DNA of 10,374 nucleotides from a virus (Duplodnaviria; Heunggongvirae; Uroviricota; Caudoviricetes): IMG/VR virus record IMGVR_UViG_2778261513_000006, positions 1 to 10,374 of that record; one strand, 5' to 3'. Shown piece by piece: positions 1 to 7,413 of this stretch (position 1 is its first letter; each line of letters starts with the position of its first letter). The notes under the pieces were generated by a model. It saw only the letters and a program-made list of their open reading frames with translations, ran no database searches and was not told where the DNA came from. The position numbers and the translations under genes were made by a program.

Positions 1-1374
1 ATGTTAGTTAGTAAAAGCAACGGATTTAACGCTAGCGCAGTTTTGGGTAGTGGAAGTTATAATGAAAATAAATCTTCTAAACACATGGAGCTACTAGCTC
101 ATAGTATTTTAAAATTAATTTGTAAGGAAGCTGCATCAGAGACGTATCGCGGTGCTCTTGAAACTTTACAAAAAATGATGTCTGAATGTATATATCAAGA
201 AGGCAACGCCTTTGTCATTATGGGAGCTGGAGAACAATTAAAACGTATTAAATATGAAGTTGGTGAAAATAACTTAAAGGTATTCAACGTACACTTTAAT
301 AATAATCACGAGTTAGTTAGTTCTGGTGAGCCTGACGTAATATGTTTAAGCAAGCAGGTCTGGGAAAATCTTCTCATTAAACTAAAGCTGGAAAACAATG
401 AAAATGTGTTTTCTGAAACTAAAAAATTATCGAATAAAAATAATGCCGATCAGTTTTTTGAATGCGCTAAAAGAAATGAACAGAACCTTTTCGATAATAT
501 AAGAAAAAGTGATTTTCATGTTGGTTTACTTAAGCCAAGTAGTACGCGTAGTGTTATTTTAGAAACGCCGCCAAATGTCTGTATGGAATCACGTAATTCA
601 TATGAAAACAAAATAGATGAGATTTCATCTTTGTCAGAGTCAAAGGAACACCCCATAGATATTCAAGAAAAAAAAGATGCGTTTGTGAATGAGTTCAAGG
701 GGATATTATTTGATAAAAATGGAAGGTCTTCAGAGTTTCTACTTAATTTTTATGAATGTTGCTATGAGTTTTTACCAAGAGCGCAGCCTCAGGATAAAAT
801 CGAAAGCTATAATTCAGCACTGCAAGCTTTCTCCATCTTTTGTTCATCTACGTTGATACATAATAATATAGGCTTTGATTTCAAATTATTTCCAGAAGTC
901 AAACTGTGTGGGGAAAATCTTGAAACGGTATTCAAATATAAAAATGGCGATGATGTCCGGGAGATAGCCAAAATTAACATTACTCTCCAAAAAGAAGAGG
1001 ATGGTTTATATAATTTAGGTGGATTGGATTTTAAGGGATGCTTCTTTTCTGGACAGAACTTCAGTAACTATGATATTCAATATGTGAACTGGGGAACGTC
1101 ATTGTTTGATCTTGATACTCCGTGTATTTTTAATGCGCCTGCTTACAACAAGAGTAATGAAAAATCATTAAAACCTGTGAGCGAAAACGGTTTAAGTGGA
1201 GTCTTGACTGATCGTAATAATAAAATAAAACTCATCACGGGCGTGGCACCATTCGATGATATTTTATTTATGGATGATGACTTTGATGATAGTTCCTCTG
1301 AGGATGATCCCGTTGAGAATAGTCCTGTTGTGACTAGTCCCGTTGTATCAAGTTCTAAAAGCAGTTTTCAATGA
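1..1374 (+). CDS. Hypothetical AT-rich protein of unknown function (457 aa as given); short pentapeptide-repeat-like segment and acidic Ser/Pro-rich C-terminal tail; possibly a secreted effector-like protein
   Basis: Long uninterrupted ORF from position 1 to TGA at 1372-1374. ATG at 1-3, but the frame may continue upstream of the window, so the N-terminus is uncertain. Very AT-rich by eye. Protein has a segment resembling pentapeptide/beta-helix repeats (LGGLDFKGCFFSGQNFSNYDIQYVNWGTSLFDLD) and an acidic tail (DDDFDDSSSEDDPVENSPVVTSPVV). No catalytic motif recognised. Confidence 0.5.
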   Translation: MLVSKSNGFNASAVLGSGSYNENKSSKHMELLAHSILKLICKEAASETYRGALETLQKMMSECIYQEGNAFVIMGAGEQLKRIKYEVGENNLKVFNVHFNNNHELVSSGEPDVICLSKQVWENLLIKLKLENNENVFSETKKLSNKNNADQFFECAKRNEQNLFDNIRKSDFHVGLLKPSSTRSVILETPPNVCMESRNSYENKIDEISSLSESKEHPIDIQEKKDAFVNEFKGILFDKNGRSSEFLLNFYECCYEFLPRAQPQDKIESYNSALQAFSIFCSSTLIHNNIGFDFKLFPEVKLCGENLETVFKYKNGDDVREIAKINITLQKEEDGLYNLGGLDFKGCFFSGQNFSNYDIQYVNWGTSLFDLDTPCIFNAPAYNKSNEKSLKPVSENGLSGVLTDRNNKIKLITGVAPFDDILFMDDDFDDSSSEDDPVENSPVVTSPVVSSSKSSFQ

Positions 1375-1496
1375 TTAATAAATGGCTATTTTTACAAAGA
1401 GATAATAACGTAGATTGAAACAATATGTATTATTGATTGATTAAACGGGATTATTTTTTACACTACAACCATTTTGCTGCCACTACCAAAGAAAAA

Positions 1497-1534
1497 GGGG
1501 CTACGCTTTCACGTAACCCCTTGATTTATTTGTT
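1497..1534. terminator. Candidate rho-independent terminator hairpin, possibly bidirectional
   Basis: Stem GGGGCTACG (1497-1505) / CGTAACCCC (1512-1520) with one mismatch, loop CTTTCA, followed by TTGATTTATTTGTT on the + strand; preceded by AAAAA, which gives a T-run on the - strand. Lies about 120 bp downstream of the 1..1374 ORF. Confidence 0.35.
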
Positions 1535-1640
1535 GAGCTGGCGGTGTCTGAATTGGTGCTGTAATTGGTTGAAATATTTATTCTAATGTCTGGTTCAACT
1601 TTCCTTAGCTGCCTGAAAGTTTTTTTGATCTTACCCATCA

Positions 1641-2040
1641 ATAATAGGGTTACGGTACACCACGCCTGACTGATGAACTGCGTGCTCAGGGTTACCTCTT
1701 CAACGTAAAACCGTGGCAGGAGGTCCGGACTGAAAAAACTGCTCAGGACATTATCGGCGGTGGACGCACGGGTAGTCTGTAAACCGAACCGACTGGGGCG
1801 CAGTATGTGGCATCTTGTCGTGCTGTTGGAGGAGCTGTGCAAACGTGGTATTAACTTTCGTGCTCTGGCCCAATCTATATTTGCCCAACAATGGGGGGAC
1901 GAATGCTGTAAAAGTAAAAGAATCTGCGATCTCAAAGTTATTGTGTGATTTTTATGTGAGCAGAAGATATTCATCAGAAACGATTATGTAAATCATTTTA
2001 TTTTGCCGACGACCTGATTGTCGAAAGAAAAGAATACCCC
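1641..2040 (+). pseudogene. Serine recombinase (resolvase/invertase family) relic, multiply frameshifted and truncated
   Basis: Reading the + strand across three frames gives, in the right order and spacing, hallmark resolvase/invertase motifs: IIGY/GYG..RLTDE (N-terminal IGYxRVS-like strand), RSGLKKLLRTLSA..ARVVCKPNRLGRSMWHLVVLLEELCKRGINFRALAQSI (LDRLGRS plus G..F.SL.ESI region), TMGGR (PMGR-like) and ADDLIVERK (ELIVERT-like helix). At least three frame changes and no intact start codon, so it is non-functional. The track ORF 1760..1948 (+) is one in-frame piece of this relic. Confidence 0.6.
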
Positions 2041-2286
2041 CGTATTCCCTGAATAGATTGACTTTTTTATCCAACCATACTTCAGCGCACTGCGTTTAAA
2101 AAATGCTTCTTTCTTATGTGGAATATCATCATTTCATCATGATGTCTTTGATGAGCGGTGAACACAATACACTTGCGCTGTCTCTTCAGGATGAATCCCC
2201 TGGTCTGGTGCCTGTGGGCTGATGTTGCAGCAGAGCTAAGGTCGCTTAAACGCTACTCAGTATTCACTTTTCAGAGGATGAAATTT

Positions 2287-5200
2287 ATGAACAGGACCAG
2301 TCCCCATTATTGTCGCCGCTCAGTACTTTCCTTATTGATATCTGCCTTGATATATGCCCCGCCCGGTATGGCGGCCTTCACTCCTGATGTTATTGGTGTG
2401 GTAAACGATGAGACTGTAGATGGCAACCAAAAAGTGGATGAACGAGGTACAACAAATAACACTCATATTATCAACCATGGCCAGCAGAATGTTCATGGCG
2501 GGGTATCTAATGGAAGTCTTATTGAATCTGGTGGATATCAAGATATAGGAAGTCATAACAATTTTGTGGGGCAGGCTAATAATACAACCATTAACGGTGG
2601 CAGACAGTCAATTCATGACGGGGGTATTTCCACAGGTACGACAATCGAGAGTGGCAATCAGGACGTTTATAAAGGGGGTATCAGCAATGGAACGACAATT
2701 AAGGGCGGTGCTTCACGCGTAGAGGGAGGGAGTGCGAATGGAATACTCATTGATGGTGGTAGCCAGATAGTAAAAGTTCAAGGGCATGCTGATGGTACAA
2801 CGATAAATAAGTCTGGCTCTCAGGACGTAGTACAAGGAAGTCTGGCAACGAACACAACCATAAATGGTGGTCGACAGTATGTTGAACAGAGCACAGTAGA
2901 AACAACAACCATTAAAAATGGCGGTGAGCAAAGAGTATATGAGAGCCGTGCGCTGGACACGACGATTGAAGGCGGAACTCAGTCTCTGAATAGTAAGTCA
3001 ACGGCAAAAATTACGCAGATCTATTCTGGTGGCACGCAAATTGTTGATAACACCAGCACCTCGGATGTTATTGAAGTTTATTCCGGTGGCGTGCTTGATG
3101 TTAGTGGTGGTACGGCAACAAATGTTACCCAGCACGATGGTGCAATTTTAAAAACAAACACTAACGGTACGACGGTGAGCGGTACGAATAGTGAAGGTGC
3201 ATTCTCCATCCACAATAAAGTGGAAGACAATGTGTTGCTGGAAAATGGAGGCCATTTAGAAGTATCTCATTCCGCAAACAAGACGATTATTAAAGATAAA
3301 GGAACAATGTCAGTTTTAACGAATGCTAAAGCTGATGCGACCCGAATAGATAATGGCGGGGTTATGGATGTTGCAGGAAACGCGACAAATACCATAATTA
3401 ATGGTGGCACACAGAATCTTAATAATTATGGCATAGCCACAGGCACCAATATCAACAGCGGAACGCAAAATATCAAAAGCGGTGGGAAAGCTGACACAAC
3501 AATTATATCCTCCGGGAGCCAGCAAGTTGTTGAGAAAGATGGTACGGCAATTGGCAGCAATATTAGCGCCGGAGGCTCGCTGATTGTCTATACCGGCGGT
3601 ATTGCACATGGGGTTAACCAGGAGACGGGCAGTGCTTTAGTTGCCAACACGGGCGCAGGGACTGATATTGAAGGATACAACAAGCTCTCTCACTTCACTA
3701 TTACCGGAGGGGAGGCTAATTATGTTGTGCTGGAAAATACCGGCGAACTGACGGTAGTGGCTAAAACCTCGGCGAAAAATACTACCGTTGATGCTGGCGG
3801 TAAGCTGATTGTCCAGAAGGAGGCTAAAACAGATACCACCAGACTTAATAATGGTGGCGTTCTGGAGGTTCAGGACGGTGGTGAGGCTAAGCATGTTGAG
3901 CAACAATCCGGCGGCGCATTAATTGCTTCCACAACTTCCGGAACCCTTATCGAAGGAACCAACAGTTATGGTGATGCTTTCTACATCAGGAATTCAGAAG
4001 CTAAAAATGTAGTGCTGGAAAACGCTGGCTCATTAACAGTCGTCACTGGTTCCCGGGCAGTTGATACGATTATTAATGCCAACGGCAAAATGGATGTTTA
4101 TGGAAAAGATGTTGGCACTGTACTTAATAGTGCTGGCACCCAAACAATATATGCCAGTGCCACTTCTGATAAAGCAAATATCAAAGGTGGCAAGCAAACG
4201 GTATATGGTTTAGCCACTGAGGCAAATATTGAAAGTGGTGAACAAATTGTTGATGGTGGGTCAACTGACAAAACGCACATCAATGGCGGCACACAAACCG
4301 TTCAGAATTATGGTAAGGCGATCAATACCGATATCGTCTCTGGCCTACAACAAATTATGGCAAACGGGATAGCGGAAGGTTCCATTATTAATGGGTGTTC
4401 ACAGGTAGTTAATGAGGGCGGTCTGGCTGAAAACTCGGTGCTTAATGACGGCGGCACACTCGATGTGCGGGAGAAAGGCAGCGCAACGGGGATACAGCAG
4501 AGTAGCCAGGGCGCTTTGGTTGCAACCACCAGGGCGACGCGGGTCACAGGAACACGCGCGGATGGCGTCGCGTTCAGCATCGAGCAGGGTGCGGCGAACA
4601 ATATCCTGCTGGCAAATGGCGGCGTGTTAACCGTGGAGTCAGACACCTCTTCTGACAAAACACAGGTCAATACGGGCGGACGGGAGATCGTCAAAACAAA
4701 AGCCACTGCGACAGGCACGACGCTCACCGGCGGCGAACAAATCGTCGAGGGGGTGGCGAATGAGACAACGATTAACGACGGCGGAATACAAACAGTTTCA
4801 GCTAACGGAGAGGCAATAAAAACAAAGATCAATGAAGGCGGTACGCTGACAGTTAACGATAATGGCAAAGCGACAGATATCGTCCAGAACAGCGGTGCCG
4901 CTCTCCAGACGAGCACGGCTAACGGTATTGAAATCAGCGGTACTCACCAGTACGGCACTTTTTCCATTTCCGGCAATTTAGCGACCAATATGTTGCTGGA
5001 AAATGGCGGTAATTTATTGGTATTAGCAGGTACCGAAGCTCGCGACTCCACGGTTGGCAGCGGTGGAGCCGCCAACGGCAGTTATCGCAGCAACGGGCTG
5101 GGCGGTCACATTGAAACCGGGATGCGATTTACCGATGGTAACTGGAACCTGACGCCGTATGCATCGTTAACGGGGGTTCACCGCTGATAACCCTGAATAT

Positions 5201-5542
5201 CATTTATCCAATGGCATGGAATCGAAATCAGTCGATACCCGCAGTTTATATCGTGAACTGGGTGCAACGCTGAGTTACAACATGCGTCTGGGGAACGGTA
5301 TGGAAGTTGAGCCGTGGCTGAAGGCGGCTGTGCGCAAAGAATTTGTCGATGATAACCGGGTGAAAGTGAATAGTGACGGTAATTTCGTCAATGATTTGTC
5401 GGGCAGACGTGGAATATACCAGGCAGGTATTAAAGCCTCATTCAGCAGTACGTTAAGCGGGCATCTTGGGGTGGGGTATAGCCATGGTGCCGGTGTGGAA
5501 TCCCCGTGGAACGGGGTAGCTGGTGTGAACTGGTCGTTCTGA
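2287..5542 (+). pseudogene. AIDA-I/Ag43-type (type Va) autotransporter adhesin, disrupted by a frameshift in a G5 run at 5172-5176; translocator domain appears shortened
   Basis: ORF 2158..5187 (likely true start ATG 2287, with AGAGG about 9 nt upstream; signal-peptide-like MNRTSPHYCRRSVLSLLISALIYAPPGMAA). The passenger is built of about 19-aa Gly/Thr-rich repeats of the form GG.Q.V..G..A..TTI.. typical of AIDA-like beta-helix adhesins, followed by longer repeat units of roughly 100 aa. The separate ORF 5216..5542 encodes the C-terminal beta-barrel strands and ends in the typical aromatic terminus ...GVNWSF. Removing one G from GGGGG (5172-5176) joins the two frames into ...NWNLTPYASLTGFTADNPEYHLSNGMESKS.... 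Only about 150 aa of beta-domain-like sequence remain, where about 250-300 aa are usual, suggesting an additional internal deletion. Confidence 0.75.
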
Positions 5543-5551
5543 CCATCAACG

Positions 5552-5578
5552 AAAAAGCCCACATCTGTGGGCTTTCAT
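5552..5578. terminator. Candidate rho-independent terminator hairpin, better U-tract on the - strand
   Basis: AAAAA then stem GCCCAC (5557-5562), loop ATCT, stem GTGGGC (5567-5572), then TTTCAT. On the - strand the hairpin is followed by TTTTTC. Lies just 3' of the autotransporter remnant and on the host/island side of the att core. Confidence 0.4.
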
Positions 5579-5704
5579 GTCACCAGGAGCCGCGGCTCCT
5601 TTGCGTATCCTTTTATGTCTCTTCACCGTCTGGTCGGTGTCCTGCTGAGACTGCTAACTTCCTGTTTTTATTGGTGTTGTCCTTATACCGTCCAATCATG
5701 ATTG

Positions 5705-5742
5705 GCTGGCGGGAGTTGAACCCGCGTCCGAAATTCCTACAT
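5705..5742 (-). other. Prophage attachment-site core: 38-bp fragment matching the tRNA-like 3' region (T-arm plus start of acceptor strand) of tmRNA gene ssrA
   Basis: The - strand reads ATGTAGGAATTTCGGACGCGGGTTCAACTCCCGCCAGC. It contains a canonical T-arm (GCGGG-TTCAACT-CCCGC) and, as I recall it, matches the region just before the ...CUCCACCA 3' end of enterobacterial tmRNA. Both flanks diverge from ssrA, so this is an isolated core copy, not an intact gene. The integrase lies about 1.7 kb to the right and is transcribed toward it. Confidence 0.6.
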
Positions 5743-5871
5743 ACCATTATTATTATGATAAAAACATATATTTATGTTTTAAAACAGCATATTAGTATTA
5801 TTTGGTGTTTGTTTATTTTACGCATTTTTAATGCTCTGCCGCCAATTTGTCGCCAATTTGCAATTGTGCAA

Positions 5872-7413
5872 TCAAGAGCCAGCTTGCTCTAATCGTTCAA
5901 CGATATGGTTGATCTCGCTCAAGCCTGCGAGCCTGACGATCTCAGATGAACGTATTTTGGGGAATGAGTCACGGATATGATGTGCAAAAAGGAAAACTGC
6001 ACTTGATGGTGTTTGGTTTCTAACTACAGCTTCTCGCAGTACCTCATGTACAGGTTTTGAGTATTCCTTGCAAGAAGATAGCAGATACTCGAATTCCTCA
6101 AATGATATGCAGAAAATGTTCTCATCAGGTATTTGATATTCTTCTGAATGCCTATCTCGGATTTTTTTCATTTCGATGTTAGCATAGGATTTATTTAGAA
6201 ATGTACCATTTCCAAGGAATAAATTTTTATAAGTAAGACATAAAATGTAGGACTCTTTTTTAAAAGAAAAATTTTGGTTACCTTTTTTAATTAGCTCTCT
6301 ATTTACTGAGTGTGCTTGTTCTATAGTTTTTAATACGGAGCTTTTTATATTGGCAGAAATATCCCCTGGTCGTAGTGTAACCATTCCCTTTTGGTTTATC
6401 TCAACACCTTTAGCATCGATGAAAATGTTAGCTTCATCATGAGGTAGTAGAAAATCTACAACTTTATTCTCTTGAGGTAGATATTCTTTTAAATTTCCTT
6501 CAGCAATATAAGCAATTCCACTTTCATCTAATAGCTGGTTGACTGCATTTTCGAAAACTCGCCCAAATTTGTCCATGAACGATTCTGCATCATCTCTGCG
6601 AAGCAAATCATATATAAAGGTTTGTATACTGGTCGAAGTTAGCTGCGTATGTATTTGGTGATAATTTCCTTCGAATTTGATGAAAGGTTTTTCTAAGAAA
6701 GGCGATGGAGCATAATATTCTACTAAAGGTGTCTCATTATCTTTTGTACAGCAAAACCGAGCTAGTTCTTCGTAAGGGATAGATATAGTATTCAGAAATT
6801 TCTCGATTGTATCTTTAGGTATTACGGAGTAAAGAGCTGCGAAAGAATCTATTGTTATTTTCTTTACTGGTGCTTGTAAGGTAACGAGTGATACTAACAC
6901 AAATGATAGTTTTAGAAAATCGTTTATATCAACATCAGTAAGTTCTTTGAATCTACGCTTGATTCTATTGTTGTCATCTAAGGAAGAAAACAAGAAAACT
7001 TGTCTGCTAATTGTATTTAAAGCATCTAATCTTTGATAAATACCTTGTTGATATAACGTATTTCTAAGGAAAAAGTTAATCCCTTTGTCTATATTTTCCA
7101 GACCAGTTGGAATTATACTTAGTTCCTCATATGCTCGTTGTAGCAACCTGACAGCACCAGGTCTGTCAATATGTTTAAATTTCCGTTTTTTACCCAGCGC
7201 ACTGGCGGACCATTTAATGCATAAATTCACAACCCATGGTAGGTGTTGTAACATTTCAAGCTGATTGTTAAATTTCTGGAGGTTATAATCAAGGCAATGT
7301 GTTATAAACTCGTTTGGATTGACGCTTTGAATACTTGCTTTTACCGCATTTAATCTGAGTTGGATAACTGCATCGGAAACTGATTTCAATCTTTTCATCG
7401 TTAAATTTACCAT
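5872..7413 (-). CDS. Hypothetical 513-aa prophage cargo protein with a PD-(D/E)xK-like nuclease motif; candidate anti-phage defence or abortive-infection effector
   Basis: Uninterrupted 1542-nt ORF. Start ATG (7413-7411) overlaps the int stop (sequence ATGGTAA on the - strand). Sampled 60-nt lines are roughly 23-35% GC by hand count, versus about 55% in a sampled line of int. Motif E288/E297 ... VVD320FLLP ... IFID333-A-K335G matches the E...(P)D...(D/E)xK pattern of restriction-endonuclease-like folds; codons checked at 6454-6456 (D320) and 6409-6417 (D333-A-K335). No Walker A motif seen. N-terminal 280 aa and C-terminal 170 aa have no features I can assign. Confidence 0.85.
   Translation of the reverse strand: MVNLTMKRLKSVSDAVIQLRLNAVKASIQSVNPNEFITHCLDYNLQKFNNQLEMLQHLPWVVNLCIKWSASALGKKRKFKHIDRPGAVRLLQRAYEELSIIPTGLENIDKGINFFLRNTLYQQGIYQRLDALNTISRQVFLFSSLDDNNRIKRRFKELTDVDINDFLKLSFVLVSLVTLQAPVKKITIDSFAALYSVIPKDTIEKFLNTISIPYEELARFCCTKDNETPLVEYYAPSPFLEKPFIKFEGNYHQIHTQLTSTSIQTFIYDLLRRDDAESFMDKFGRVFENAVNQLLDESGIAYIAEGNLKEYLPQENKVVDFLLPHDEANIFIDAKGVEINQKGMVTLRPGDISANIKSSVLKTIEQAHSVNRELIKKGNQNFSFKKESYILCLTYKNLFLGNGTFLNKSYANIEMKKIRDRHSEEYQIPDENIFCISFEEFEYLLSSCKEYSKPVHEVLREAVVRNQTPSSAVFLFAHHIRDSFPKIRSSEIVRLAGLSEINHIVERLEQAGS

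Noticed and set aside
1648-1790. Possible IS3-family transposase fragment (first impression from GYGTPRLTDELRAQGY)
   Set aside because: Reading the adjacent frames shows RLGRS, G..F.AL..SI, TMGGR and DLIVER motifs in order, which fits a serine recombinase (resolvase/invertase), not an IS3 OrfB. No terminal inverted repeats typical of an IS were seen.
1501-1974. 157-aa minus-strand ORF
   Set aside because: It overlaps the serine-recombinase relic, whose motifs read clearly on the plus strand. The minus-strand product is low-complexity with no recognisable features.
2158-2286. GTG start at 2158 for the autotransporter (longest ORF in the track)
   Set aside because: The in-frame ATG at 2287 has a properly spaced AGAGG and is followed directly by a signal-peptide-like sequence. 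The upstream 43 codons are probably untranslated leader.
2332-4916. Six minus-strand ORFs (2332..2556, 2713..2931, 3316..3609, 3637..3906, 4098..4292, 4308..4916) and plus-strand ORF 4412..4630 inside the autotransporter
   Set aside because: They lie entirely within the long, repeat-rich autotransporter reading frame. Antisense and off-frame ORFs are expected by chance in GC-biased repetitive coding DNA. None has a start context or a recognisable motif.
2400-5100. CRISPR-like periodic repeats
   Set aside because: The periodicity is at the protein level inside a coding region (Gly/Thr-rich beta-helix repeats). There are no identical short direct repeats separated by unique spacers.
5172-5176. 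Programmed phase variation of the autotransporter by slipped-strand mispairing at the G-tract
   Set aside because: The tract is only 5 G, shorter than typical phase-variable homopolymers, and the translocator domain appears additionally truncated. Decay is the simpler explanation.
5705-5742. An intact tRNA or tmRNA gene
   Set aside because: Only the T-arm and about 4 nt of acceptor strand are present. There is no D-arm, anticodon arm or CCA-proximal acceptor end, and the flanks do not continue the ssrA sequence. It is an att core fragment, not a functional RNA gene.
5275-5892. ORFs 5275..5562 (-) and 5506..5892 (+)
   Set aside because: The first is antisense to the autotransporter barrel fragment. 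The second spans the terminator hairpin, the palindromes and the att core and has no ribosome-binding site. Both are most likely non-coding.
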